NCBI GenBank assembly: GCA_050258455.1
Contig: JBLMYT010000132.1
Coordinates: 82,349 to 146,348, forward strand
DNA length: 64,000 nucleotides
DNA from: Candidatus Omnitrophota bacterium
Lineage (GTDB): Bacteria > Acidobacteriota > Aminicenantia > UBA2199
Reading direction: 5' to 3'
This document shows positions 1-15,000 of this stretch, one piece after another. The notes beneath the pieces were generated by a model. It saw nothing but the letters and a program-made list of their open reading frames with translations, was not told the origin of the DNA and did no database searches. Every line of letters starts with the position of its first letter. Positions within the stretch are counted from its first letter, which is position 1. A program made the position numbers and the translations under genes.

Positions 1-3000
1 TCTGAGTTGCTCGACAAGGACAGGATTACTTGTTATGATTTCTACAGCTTTAAGCCAGAGTTGCTCCAAGTCGCTTATCTCGTCAAGATAGCCCCGGTTT
101 CCGGTTGAGACAAAGAAATCATTTAGGAAATCTTTTTCGGTTTGAAGTGAAAATGGGGGATACATTTTACCTGATAAAAAATCGGGACCTAAACAATCAA
201 AAAACGCCAATAAAGCAATTTCTTCATTCATCCGCTCAAGTTGCAATGCCATTTCTAGTCCGATATGTCCGCCCCAGGACCAGGTGGCAATATAATAAGG
301 CCCATGAGCTTGAATTTCCTTTATTTGTGAAATATATTTGGCCGATATTTGTTCGATGGTTTCATTTCGGGGGGCATAATTGCGAAGTTTTTCAGCTTCA
401 ATACCCCAGCAATTAAAGCGTGTGCCCAATTGCTGGCTAAATTCCATATATGCCCCCACATCCCCCAGTACTTCATGCACTAAAAAGATGTTACCTTCAG
501 ACTCAAGGGAGCCATTTAGCATTACAAAATTTCCGGGTACCTGCTTGGATGAACCGGGTAATTGGTGGGCGGTTAGACAGAGTACCAACGAATGAATCGT
601 CGGATGGTTAAATAAGGTAGCCACAGGTATTTCTCGGTTGAGCTTTTCTCTTAATTTATTAGATACTTTAACAAGGTCCAGAGAGTTTCCGCCCAACTCA
701 AAAAAATTGTCCTGAATGCCGACTTTTTCACGATTCAGAACGTCTTTCCAGATTCCGGCAACGATTCGCTGCATCCTGGTTTTGGGGCCTTCATATACCC
801 CGTCGGAATGAAAATCGGATTCCAAGGGTTGAGGTAAGGCGCGCCGATCCATTTTTCCATTAGCATTCAAGGGAATCTTGTCTATTTGAATAAAGCAAGC
901 AGGAACCATATAAGTTGGAAGGGATTCTTCAAGATAGATCTTAAATTCTTGATATGAGGGGATTGGAACCCCTGATGATTGCTCGGCGACAATATAGGCG
1001 CAAAGGTATTTGCGCTCATTCTCCCCCCTATCGATGACAACAGCGTCTTTTATTCCGGAATGAGCGTTGAGCCGGCTTTCGATTTCACCTAACTCAATAC
1101 GGAATCCTCTGATTTTGACCTGATTATCGATTCGCCCCAGGAATTCAATCGTTCCATCGTCCAACCATCTCCCTAAGTCTCCTGTCATATATATCCGCCT
1201 CGATCTCCAGAATAGAAAACGCTCATCGGTCAATCCCGGCCGGTTTAAATACCCCCTGGCCATTCCTTCCCCGCCAATGCATATTTCTCCAACAACGCCT
1301 ATCGGTTGAAGTCTTCTCATTCGATCAATAATATATACCTGATTATTGGCAATGGGAGTTCCGATGGTAATCCGATCGGAGCAGGTCAAATTTTTTATTG
1401 TCGACCAAATTGTGGTTTCCGTTGGACCATACATATTGAATATTTGTCCATTTATAAAAGGCCTGATTTTCTCCAGCAACGATTCGGGAAATGCTTCGCC
1501 TCCTACCAATAAGAATTTCAATGATCTTAAAAAAGTCATTACTTCCGGAAATAAGACCATTGATTGCAGTCTCGATGGCGTAACCTGAAAAATTGAGATA
1601 TTTTCTCTCTCAAAAATAACCCCTGAAGTCTCGGTATTTAATTGATCCTCCCGGCTGCCTACGACCACAACGGAACCCTTGGTTAAGGGAACCAAGGTTT
1701 CAAGGCCAAATATATCGAAGGAAATTGTGGTTAAAGACAATATCCGATCATTCATCGTAAACGGTACAAATTCTGTAATTCCTGTTATAAAATTTACGAC
1801 ATTTCGATGGGCGATCATCACACCTTTCGGTTTCCCGGTCGATCCGGATGTGTAAATGACGTAAGCGAGAAAAGTGGCCGGTGAAGAGAAGAAGTGAAGC
1901 GGTTGAGAGGTTGAGTGGTTAAGAGGATCTAAGGAGAACACATTCTTAACATCTGAACTTCCTAACTTCTGAACTTCTTGATTGTTGGCGGTAACCAACA
2001 ATCGCGCCTGGCTATCTTTTAGTATATAATCAATGCGATCTTGCGGATATTCATAATCAATGGGTAAATAGGCACTGCCTGTTTTTAATATACCCAAAAT
2101 TCCCATTATCATTTCAACCGAACGTTGGATCTTTATCCCTACAATCATACTCGATTGAACACCCTTTTGCATAAGTTCATGCGCCAGTTGATCGGATCGC
2201 TCATTCAATTCCTGATAGGTGATTTGCAAAGGTTTTGCACCAAATGCCCTTACGGTTGAGCCGATGACAGCAATATGCCCCGGAGTTCTTCCGGCCTGTT
2301 CCTCAAATAATTGATGGATCGTCTTATCTTTCGAATAATCTCTGTTTGTATTGTTAAATTCATCCAGTATTCGAATTTTCTCTTCTTCGGATAAAAAAGT
2401 TAATTCGTCAATCCTTAATTCTTTATCCTCAATCACCTGATCAATTGCGACCCGGAAGTGGCAAGCAATCCGTTTGATATAATCCTGATCATACACATTC
2501 CCGTTATATTGAAATGTAACAGTTAATTTATCCGACCCTGCCAACAAAATGTTCAAATTATAAGTGGTTTGTTCAAATGACTCGACATTGGTAATCGCAA
2601 ATGCGATTTTATTTTTTTTTCCGTATCCTTCGATTTGTTCGGCGATGGGGTAATTTTCGAATATAAAGATGTGATCGATCAGGTTTTGCTTTAATGAACT
2701 TTTCGATTGGACCTCCGCTAATGGATGATAATGATACGCTTCACCGACGATTGCTTGTTCTTGTATGTGTTGAAGTAACGAATGAAATTTTGTTTTTCCT
2801 TCAAACCGGATCCGGACGGGAATCGTGTTGATAAATAACCCCACCATGGATTCGATCCCTTCAAACCCGGCCGGCCGCCCGGATACAACGGCACCAAATA
2901 CGACATCGTCTTTCCCATTGTATTTGCCCAGAAGCACTCCCCAGAGGACGCGCGTCACGATATTGACCGTTACATGATACCGGGCTGCCAATTTCGCTAA

Positions 3001-6000
3001 TTCGGCTGTTTTTTCCTTGTCCAACTCAAAAGAAAAACGGTCATTTCGATATTCCTGGCTATTATCCCTTACTATCTTTGATTGGGGAATCCCGGTTTGC
3101 TCTTCAAAACCATCCAGGACATGTTCCCAGTACGCGGCGGATTCTTTTTTATCTTGTTTTTCGAGCCATTGGATATAACTTCGATAGGGTTTGGTTATCG
3201 GTAATTGGTAAACCCTATGTTGAACATAAGCGTTATAGATTTCAAAAAATTCGCTATTTAAAATCCCAATGCACCATCCGTCCATTAATATGTGGTGAAA
3301 ACTCCAGATAAATTCGTAAGTCGAATGATCCAGCCGGAGAATGGATGCTCGTGCCAGGGGCTCCTTACCCAAATCAAAGGAACGTTTTTTATCGTTTGCC
3401 TTAAAATCTTTAATAAACTTTTCTTTTTGTTCCTCACTTCCGATATTTATTATATCTTCGAAATAAAAATCAATGGCTCTGTTTTTTAATACCACCTGAA
3501 TCGGGCGATCCATATCTTTATAAACAAATGTGGTGCGTAACACATCATGTCGCCTGGCCAATTCATTTAAACTATGTTTCACTTGCTCAATGTTTAATTC
3601 CCCTTTCAAACGGTAAGAGGTTTGTTCAAAGTAGGATGAAGATTCCTCGACCAACGCATGAAATAACATCCCTTCCTGCATGGGAGATAAGGTATAAATG
3701 TCTTCAATATCCCCGTATGATTTCATTAATTGCTCAACAGTATCTATGGATAATCCTTTGTAGGTAAAATCAGCGGGAGTGAATTCCGGATTTTCTTTTT
3801 CGCTGCAAAACAAAATAATACGTTTAAGTTGGGAACTGAAATTATCAATTAACGCTTCGATGGTTTCCTTTTTAAAATGCGTCTGATTATAAGATAATGT
3901 CATGTTCAAGCAATTATTCGTTATCATTCCATTAATTTCCAGGCCATATTCCCTTCGATTGGCGATACTTTGCGAATTCCCCGCAGATTCTTTGGCAATC
4001 TCAAACTGGGAAATTTGCTTGATATCGGCATCGAATTGCCCCAGATAATTAAAGATAAGTTGAGGTTTTAATTTAAATTCGATTTCTTTTTTATTCTCTT
4101 CATCGGTAAGATATTTCAATATTCCATACCCGATTCCCTTGTTGGGAATTTTCCGCAGGGTTTCTTTGACCTCTTTGATTTGGCGTCCGATATCATGTGC
4201 ATACGTCATATCGAACCATACAGGGTACTCGATGGTAAACCAGCCAAGGGTTCTGCTAATATCGATATCTTCCATTATCTCTTCCCTTCCATGGCCTTCC
4301 GACGCAATTAATAAATGGTCGATCATCACTTCGGATTCGGGGTTTTCGAACGTTTTCTTTATCCCCATTCCCAATGCCGTTAACAAGATATCATTGACTT
4401 CGGTGTTGTAAATCCGGTTGATTTCGCCAATGAGCAATCCCGTTTCCCGCTCATTCAGACCAAAGGATACATTTCGGATATCCGCCCCGTTATTTTCGTC
4501 TCCGTCGAAATCTGTGGGTATATGAATCCCGTTTGAATGCGATTCCAGGTTAGACCAATAGGGTATTTCTTTCAAGAAATTCTTGCTATTCGCATATTCC
4601 GATAGTTTTTCCGACCAGAACTTGAAAGAATCGGTTTTGAGCGTTAAAGTCGGTGTTTCACCTCGTTTGTATTGACTGTACAGGGTTTCGATATCTTCAA
4701 ATAGGATGCGCCATGAAATGCCGTCAATGACCAGGTGATGGATGACGATCAGTAATCGATCGCCATCCTCGAGATGAAACAAAGCCACTTTCATCAATGG
4801 GCCTCTTTCCAGATCGATGCCGGCCTGTATGCGATTGGCTTTAATCTGAATTTCATCTGCGTGTCTTAATTCATATTCTTCAAACGAGAGAGGATGATCC
4901 AAACCATGACTGATTTGAACGACTGTGTTGAGCTCCTTATTTATGCTATAGGTCATGCGCAAGGCATCATGGTGCGTTTGAATTTCTTTAAATACAAGTT
5001 TAAGAATTTCCTTATCGAATCGCTCTTGGGAATAAAACATGACGGCCTGGTTGTAATGATGAGGCTCTGTTGGAGACGAATTGAAAAACATTTTTTGAAT
5101 CGGTGTTAACGGCACAATACCGGTAATTGCCGATTGATCCGGGATGCGTTTTATTTTCTTGACATGGGAGGATAATTCCGATATAAGAGGATATTGAAAG
5201 AGATCTTTCATCTCTAATTTATACCCTGCATGATTCATTCGTGATATAATCTGGATGGATTTAATGGAATCTCCACCAATATAAAAGAAATTATCATTGA
5301 TTCCTATGTTTTTTTTGCCCAGGACGCCCTCCCAAATCCGAACCAGTTCTCTTTCGATTTCATTTCGGGGAGCTGCATATTGATTTTCAATTTCCATCCA
5401 GGGCTCCGGAAGAGCATTCATATCGATTTTACCATTTGGATTGATCGGTATTTTTTCCATTACGGTAAAATAAGAAGGAATCATATAATGGGGTAATAAT
5501 CCGGATAAATATTCTTTTAACCCTGCCGGATCAAAGGAATGATGCATGGGGGATGAAGGATGAGGGACAAGATAAGCACAGAGAACATTCGAACCGCTAT
5601 CATCATGTCTGATCTGAACCACGACTTCTTTAATATCCACATGCTTCATTAAGCAATTTTCGATTTCACCGATTTCAATACGCATGCCCCTGATTTTAAC
5701 CTGCGTGTCGACTCGCCCCAAAAATTCCAGGTTCCCATCGGCTAACCATCGCCCCATGTCCCCAGTCCTGTAAATGCGTTGCCTCCGGCGGCCCGCTTTT
5801 TGAAAAAAGCGGGGCAAAAACTTTTGGTTTGTTAATTCGGGATTATTGAGATACCCGACGGCTAAACTGGAACCGGCTAAACACATTTCGCCCATGACAC
5901 CGATTGGAACCGGATGAAGATATTTGTCCAGGATATAAACCCTGACATTACTGATGGGTTTTCCGATGAATGCTTTGGAACTTTCCGGCCTCAATTCATA

Positions 6001-9000
6001 AGCGGTGGTGTTGACACTGTTTTCCGTGGGACCGTACTCGTTAAAGATTCGGACTTGCGGTAATTTTTCAAAATGTTTCCGAATCAATTCATCCGGGAAA
6101 TTCTCGCCCGCGCAGGTAATCATTTTAATTCCTGTCAGACAATCCCCGATCTCTTCCAGCATGACATTATAAAAAACGGGAACCACGATAAAATGACTCA
6201 CGCGATGGTTGATGATGACGCGTTTGAGAACCTGAAGATCCGTGCGTTCATTATCTTTGATCAACACCAGACAGGCGCCACCCGATAATGGAGTAAAAAT
6301 ATCGGTAACCGAACTATCGAAAAAATACGGCGGCACTTGAAGCGACACGTGACCCGGTGCATATTGATAATTGTTTTTGCGCCATATTACCGTATTGACA
6401 ATAGTGCGGTGTTTGACCAAAACGCCTTTGGGTGTTCCGGAAGAACCGGAAGTGTACATCACATACGCGGCATCATTGACGGTACCCATTTGAGGTCTTG
6501 AGGAACGCTGAACATGGAGATTTAGCGCATCCGTATAGATAATTGTTGATATGTATTTACTTTTCTGTTGAACATGCGTAAGCTTTTCCCCATACCGTTG
6601 GTTTGATATCACCACGCTGACCGACGCATCATCCAGGACCACGCGCAACCGTTCACCCGGAAGCGATGCGTCGAGCGGAACATACGCGGCTCGCGCTTTC
6701 ATAATTCCCATTAGAGATATCATAAGACCGATGGAACGATCCATGATGACAGCAATTCGATCCCCGGATTGTACTCCGTTTTCGCGTTGTAAATCATGCG
6801 CCAGCCGGTTGGCTTCTTCATCGAAATGACGATAGGTGATCATTTCATTATTAAATACAATCGCCGCATGATCCGGAATTCTATCCACCCAATCCTCAAA
6901 TAAATGATAGAGAGTTTTATCTGTAGGATAGGATTCCGCAGTATCATTAAACAAAACGAGAAGTTTTTCTTTTTCCTCTTCGGATAAAATCTCTATATCC
7001 GAAAGTCGTTGATCTCGATTCTCGATAATCGAATCGACAATGGTTCTGAAATAATCTATAAACCGTAAAATGGTTTCTTCTCTAAATAAACTCGTGCTAT
7101 ATTCGACATTAATCCTTAATTTCTCTTTACTTTCAAATATAATAAAGGTTAGATCAAACTTGGATATAAAATTTTCGTATTCATAAGGTTTTAATATCAA
7201 TCCCGGGATTTGAATTTCAGATATCTCGATATTTTGAAATACAAACATCGTATCAAAAAGTGGGTTACGGGACATGTCCCTATTCTTAACCACCCGATCC
7301 ACAAGATCTTCAAACGGGTAGTCCTGGTTTTCAAACGCATTCAACGTCTTTTCTTTGACCTCTTGAAGAAACCCGTTAAATGTTTTCTCCCCCCGTGGAT
7401 AATGACGCATGGCCAGTGTATTGACAAACATGCCCAGAATTTTTTCCAGATCCGTATGACGTCGCCCGGCAACCGGAGAACCGACTACGATATCGTCCTG
7501 CTGGGATAATCCGGATAAAAAAATGTTGTATATGGTTAGAAATACCATATACATGGTGGCACCCGTTTCAAGACTTAACCGTTTCAAGTCTTCGGTCACC
7601 TCTTGGTCGATCTCAAACGAAATCGTCCGACCTTCAACACTCCGAACCGCTGGTCTTGTATAATCAATGGGAAGTTCAAGTACCGGAATGTCTTCTTCGA
7701 ATTCATGGGACCAGAAAACGCCTTGGCGTTTCAGAAACTCTTTCTGTTGGTCACTGCTTTGCCATTCTGAAAAATCTTTGTATTGAACCCGAAGTTTGGG
7801 CAAACCCTCTCCCGGGTATTCTCCTTGATGATACAATGTCATAAAATCCTTTATCATCACATTCATGGAGCTGCCGTCCGAAATGATGTGATGCATGTCT
7901 AGCATCAGGAGATGTTTATTCTCACTTATATTGAACAGTCCCACTCTCATCAGTGGGGCTTTTGTCAAATCAAAACTTCTGATAAATTCTTCTAACTCTC
8001 TTACCCCCTGACCTTCTTCGCTTCTGACCTTCTTCCTTCCCCCCTCCGTGTCCTCCGTGTGCTCCGTGAGAAAATTTATTTTAAATTCCACCTCATCGTG
8101 AATACGCTGAACCGGTTCATCATCGATCACATGAAACGATGTTCGCAAGCTTTCATGACGCTCGATTAGCCGGATGAACGTTTGTTCCAGCTTATTTTTA
8201 TCAACGTCTCCTTCCAATATAAAATAAGCCGGAATATTGTAATTGATGCCATGGTCATCCATCCGGTGTAACACATATAACCGCTTCTGTGCCGAGGATA
8301 ACTCATAAAACTCTTTCCTCTCGATCGGCTCTATCGAGAAATATTTATTTTTAACAGAGTCTTTGATATAATACGCTAATCCACGAATGGTCGAATTGTT
8401 GAATACCTCTCCCAATGGCATATTGACATGGAATTGTTTTTGAATTTTTGATATCAATACAACTGCCTTTAATGAATGTCCCCCTAACTCGAAAAAATTG
8501 TCTGCTGTTCCGATGACTTCTTTTTTTCTTCCCAATACCTCGGACCAAAGCTCCGTTAATTTCTCCTCGACCTCATTTTCCGGGGCGATATATCCCTGAT
8601 TTATTTTTATCTCAAAAGATGGTAAGGATCTACGATTTATTTTTCCTGTTACCGTAAGGGGTAACGCATCCAAACGCATAAAATAAGACGGTACCATATA
8701 ATCCGGCAATGTATGGGATAAATGGTTTCTCAATTCGGAAGTTGAGAGTGCGATATCCGAAACAACATAAGCACGAAGATATTTATCCCCCCTATCCTCT
8801 TTAATAACAACAACCGCTTCCTTTATTTTCTCATGTGATAGTAATCGATTTTCAATTTCTTCCAACTCAATTCGGAATCCCCGAATCTTCACCTGTTGAT
8901 CGAAGCGGCCCAAAAACTCAATATTCCCATCATCCGACCATCGACACAAATCTCCCGTCTTATAAAAGTTTTTGGAAAACTTCTCCAAGGTTAATTCGGG

Positions 9001-12000
9001 TCGATTCAAGTACCCGCGGGCCAATCCCTGACCTGAAATCCATAACTCACCCGCTATCCCTATACTTTGCAAATGACCGTATTTGTTTAAAATAGATAAC
9101 TTAATATTGGGTAACGGTTTTCCAATCGGAACAGTATTGCTTTTATTCTCGCGCGACAGCGAATACCAGGAGGCATATACGGTGCTTTCGGTCGGCCCAT
9201 AAATATTCTCCAATTTTACGGATGTATTCAAATCGTTGAATTTTTTGACCAGCTCAGGGAGTAACGCTTCTCCGGCTAAAAAGATATATTTTAGACTCGA
9301 TAACCGATACCTATTCCTCGTATTCAAATAACCGATAAACGCATTGAACATGGAAGGAACAAAATTAATATGAGTGACCAATCGCCTTTCAATCGTATTC
9401 AATATGACATCAGGATCTTTTTCAAACCCTTTTTCCAATACGGCTAACCGTCCCCCTCCCATAAACCATCCGAAGAGTTCGGTTACCGATACATCAAAAA
9501 CGTAAGATGTTTTTAAAAGATAAGTATCCGATTCATGAAAAGGATACTTGTCTTGCATCGCATATAATAAATTGACAACCGATGCATGATTCACCATTAC
9601 GCCTTTGGGATTCCCGGTGGAACCGGAGGTATAAATGATGTAAGCAAGGTTTGAATGTTTAGCCACAGAGGTCACAGAGGACACGGAGGGAGAGGAGAAG
9701 TTAAGAGGGTGAGAAGATGGGAGGTTAAGATGATCTAAAGCGATCACTCTCTTATCTTCTGAACTTCTTAACTTCTCAACTTCTGCATTATTGCTGGTAA
9801 GCAATAATGCCGCCCCACTGTCTTTGAGCATATAATTAATACGCTCTTGCGGTAATCCGGGATCAATGGGTAAATAAGCGCCACCGGCTTTCAAAATACC
9901 CAGGACACCAATCATTAGTTCAAGCGAACGATCAATCTTAACACCCACAATCACATCGGGGCCAACCCCTTTTTTTATTAATTCGAGCGCCAATTGATCG
10001 GATCGCTCATTCAAGTCATTGTAAGATAATTGAGGGCAGACACGCGGGTCTGCTCCTACCAAAGATGGACCTATAAGAGCGACATGACCCGGCGTTCTTG
10101 CGGCTTGTTCCTCAAATAACTGATGAATGGTTTTATCGTTTGGATATTCGATTTCCGTATCATTAAAACCAAATAATAATTTTTCCTTTTCTTCATCAGT
10201 AAGAATTTCAAAATCCGAAATCTTTCGGTCTTTATTTTCAACATTTTCAACATTTTCAACAACACCATTGAGGATATTTTTTAAATAAACAATCAATCGC
10301 TCGATCGTCTCTTTTTTAAATAACCTTGTACTGTATTCAAATGCAAATACCAGTTTTTCATCGACTTCCATCCCAGACAATGTTAAATCGAATTTGGATA
10401 TTTTAGTCTCATACGCATAAGAAGATAATTTCAATCCGGGAAGCTCCATTTCTTGCAGTTGGAAATTTTGCAACACAAACATGACATCAAACAACGGGTT
10501 GCGAGCGGTATCTCGATGGATAACGACATGTTCAACCAATTCCTCATATTGGTATTCCTGGTTCTCAAACGCACGCAATGCGTTCTCTTTGACTTCAGTA
10601 ATGAATTCGGTAAATGATTTCTCCCCTTCCGGGTAATTTCGTAATGCCAGGGTATTGATAAACATACCGACAATTTGTTCCAGGTCCGAATGGTTCCGAC
10701 CGGCAATGGGTGAACCCACAATGATATCTTCCTGATTGGTTACTTTTGATAAAAATACGGTGTATGCCGCCAGGAGTACCATATACAATGTGGCCCCGGT
10801 TTCTATCGCCAATTGATTCAAATGTCCGGTTAGCTCTTGATCGATCTCAAAATTAATGCTGCTTCCTTCAAAGCTCTGAACCACGGGCCTTGCAAAATCT
10901 AGCGGAAGTTCCAATACGGGGATCTCCCCACTAAACTCATTTAACCAAAAATCCTTTTTCTGATTTAGCGATTCTTTTTCGAATTCCCTCTTTTGCCATT
11001 CCGAAAAATCTTTGTACTGCACCCGAAGAGATGGTAAATCCTCATTGTTATATAAAGCCATGAAGTCCTGAACCATCAAATTCATGGAAGTTCCATCCGA
11101 AATGATGTGATCCATGTCGATCAACAGAAGATGTTTATTCTCCCCTATTTTTAACACTCCCACTCGTATGAGTGGGGCTGTTGTCAAATCAAAACTTCTG
11201 ATAAATTTTTCTATCTCTCTTACCCTCTGACCTTCTTCACTTCTTATCTTCTTCCTTCCCCCCGCCGTGTCCTCCGTGTGCTCCGTGAGAAAATTTATTT
11301 TAAATTCCACCTCATCGTGAATACGCTGAACCGGTTCATCATCGATCACATGAAACGATGTTCTGAAACTCTCATGTCTACGGATTAATGCCCAAAAAAT
11401 TTCTTCAAACTTTTCCTTTTGAACTTCTCCTTCCAGTAAGAAAATATACGGTACATTATAGCCTTCACTCTGCTCGTCCATTTGGTGCAGCAAATATAAG
11501 CGCTTTTGAGCGGAAGATACCGGGTAATATTCCTTCTCTTCTACCGGGAGAATCGAGTCGTGCCCCACCTGGGTCTGTTCCTTGATATATTCGGCTAATC
11601 TCCGAATGGTCGGCGTTTTGAACAACTCAGCCAATGGTATTTTTACATGCAATTCTTTATGTATCCTGGCTGCAAGGATGGTGGCTTTAAGTGAATGACC
11701 GCCAAGATCAAAAAAATCCGAATCGATCCCGATGAGGTTGGATTCAAGATTCAATACCTCGGACCACAATGAAACCAATGTCATTTCAATTTTAGTACGA
11801 GGACCGCTATAGGTTTTATCCGTCCGGGCTTGCGGCTTTGGCAAGGCACTGCGGTCGATTTTTCCATTGGACGTGAGCGGTATCCGATCGATTCTGACAA
11901 CAAAACTCGGAATCATATAATCCGGCAGCACTCCGGTCAGCAACCGCTTGATTTCAGTTGGATCGATGTCTTTATCACTCACGATATAAGCGCATAAATA

Positions 12001-15000
12001 AATATCGTCCGATTCATCGGTTCGATCTACCACCACCACTTCCTTGATCCCCCTATACTTCAATATCTGGTTTTCAATTTCGCCTAACTCGATGCGGAAT
12101 CCCCGAAGCTGAACTTGATGATCGATTCGTCCCAAATAAACCAGCTCGCCTTTTTCCAGAAACCGGGCCAAATCGCCCGACCGGTACAGCCGCTCCTCTT
12201 TTTTATAGGGATTTTCAACAAACTTCTCAACGGTTAATTCCGGCCGATTCAGGTACCCTCGGGTGACGCCAGCCCCTCCCACCATCAATTCTCCACCAAT
12301 GCCTATCGGTTGCAATTGCAGGTTTCGGTCCATGATATAAGTGGTTAAGGTAGGAATGGGCTGACCGATATTGCTCACATTCTGTTCGATTTCGCCACGA
12401 CCGATCTCTTTATAGGTCACATGAACCGTGGTTTCCGTAATACCAAACATGTTGATTAAACGGGTACTGGGATATTGCTCATGCCATTGTTTCAATTTCC
12501 CGGGATGGAGGGCTTCGCCCCCAAATATGACGGTGCGTATTGCCAAACCGTGTCTTTCCTGTTGTAAATCAACTTCAATGAACCGATAAAATGCAGATGG
12601 GGTTTGGTTCAGGATGGTTACGCCATACTGTCTCACAAGGGAAAGAAAATGCGCCGTATCTCGGGCAACCATCTTGGGAACAACGACGACTCTGCCGCCA
12701 TTTAACAGGGAGCCGAACAGTTCCCATACGGAAAAATCAAAACAATGGGAATGAAACATGGTCCATATGTCCGAGCCATTAAAGTCAAATTGAAATTTTT
12801 CGTTAAACAGCAGGCTCACGACATTGCGATGCTCCACCATCACGCCTTTGGGTCTTCCGGTGGTACCGGAGGTGTAAATGATATAAGCGAGAGAGGTGGC
12901 CGGTGGCCGGTGGCCGGCACTTGGGCAGACACGCGGGTCTGCCCCTACGCGGATTTCCCCTTGTAGGGGCGCACCCATGTGTGCGCCCGCCTTGCAGAAA
13001 CTCGGATCTGCCCCTACGGAATAATTAACCAATAAACACGCTCGACTATCCATTAACATGTAATCGATCCGGTCCCGGGGATAATCCGGATCGATCGGTA
13101 AATACGCACCGCCGGATTTTAAAATCCCTAAAATTCCGATGATCATCTCAACGGAACGTTCGGCTTTTATTGCAACGAGGGTGTCCGGCCCAACCCCCTT
13201 CTCGATTAATAATGCGGCCAATCGATCGGATTCTTCGTTCAATTCGTGGTAGGTGATTTGATGGGTGAATACGCTTGAAGTCTCAACTCGAGACGGACCG
13301 ATGACGGCAATCCGATCGGGAGTCTGAGCCGCATTTTTCTCAAAAAAATTATGAATCGTTTGATCCTTAGGGAAACCGGCCCGTTCCCCATTCCATTCCC
13401 ACAACAATTGCTCTTTTTCCACTTCGGATAGCAGGTCGATCCGGGAAATGGGAAGATGGGGGTTCACGATCACGCGTTCCAATATCTGTTGATAATGAGT
13501 CAATAATCGCGAAATCCTGCTTTGATCGTAATAGTCGCGATTGTACACCAATTGACCGCAAAAAATCTCGACGCCATGATGGATTCGCTTCTGAATCAAG
13601 AAATTCAGATCGTATTTCCCCCACCCCAGATTGGTTTCTTCGACTTCGAGAACCGCTTCTCCCAGTGTGGATTTCCAAAAGGGGGCTTCTTCATATTGAA
13701 ACAACACATCAAATAAGGCGGTCCGACTCATATCATTTTCCGGGTTTAGTTCCAGCACCAATCGGTCAAACGGCATTCCCCCGTAAATCAATGCTTCGGA
13801 CACGGTTTCGTTTAATTTCTCAAACACGTCGCTAAACGTGTGACTGCCCTCGATAACACTTCGCAAGACCAATAAATTGGCGGCGGGTCCAATCATGGGT
13901 TCCATGTCGGGACTCGGACGGTTTCCCGTACTGGTCCCCACAATAATTTCCGACTGATCACAGTATCGATGCAATAAAATTTTAAAGGCAGACAATAACA
14001 ATAATAGAACAAAATCCCCCCCCTTTTCTTTATTAAAACTAAGGATTTTATTGGTCAATGATTGGGGAAATACAACCGGGTGATGCGCTTCATGATAAAT
14101 ATGAATTAATGCCCGGGGTCTATCCGTCGGTAATTCAAATGGCTGGAGTTTACCATTTAGCTTCCGTTTCCAATAAAATAAGAGCCGATCCAGAAGTTCT
14201 TCCGAAAATGACTGCTGCCAACTGCAAAACGCAGGAAACTGGATCGCAAGTTCCGGTAATTGCGGGGATTGGCTTTCCTCAAACGCGTCATAGGATAATA
14301 CCAATTCGTTTAAAAAGAGCTCCAATGACTGTTTATCCGCCACAATATGATGAAAGGTTATTACCAATAGGAATTTTTGAGTTTCCCACCGGATTAATTT
14401 TCCCCTGATCGGAAGGTCATGGGACAGCCGGAAAGGTTTTTGGGATTCAGCGATAGCCAGGGAAAGGGCATCTGTATCGCTGAGATGACAAACGGTATCT
14501 GTGAAAAGCTTAAATTGTAACGCATTATCCTCGACCAGGATCGGTTTATTCTCTCTTGTTTCGATCCGGGTATGCAAAATCGTGTGACGTTTGATAATAT
14601 GGCAAATACTTTTTTCCAGCAATGGTTCATCGACAGAACCATTAATCGATACGATCAACGGAATATTATGATAAACCGGAGAAGATTCATAGAGATACCC
14701 GGTTTCAAATTCATTGATAAACCACAACCGTTCCTGGTGATACGACGCCTTACCTTCGGAGGTTTTCGCCGGAGGAAGAATCCGGGGAGGATACCAATGG
14801 CAGATATCGTCGTCTAACAGTAACCGGGATATGGATGTTGAGGAATGCGTGATCACTCGGTTCAGTAATTCAAGAAAACGATTCAGCATTCGCCGGATGG
14901 TTTTATTCTCAAAGAGATCAAGGTTATATTCAACGGAAACCGTTAATGTGGTTTCTCTCTCATAAATATAGATCACCAAATCAAATTTTGCATGACGATA

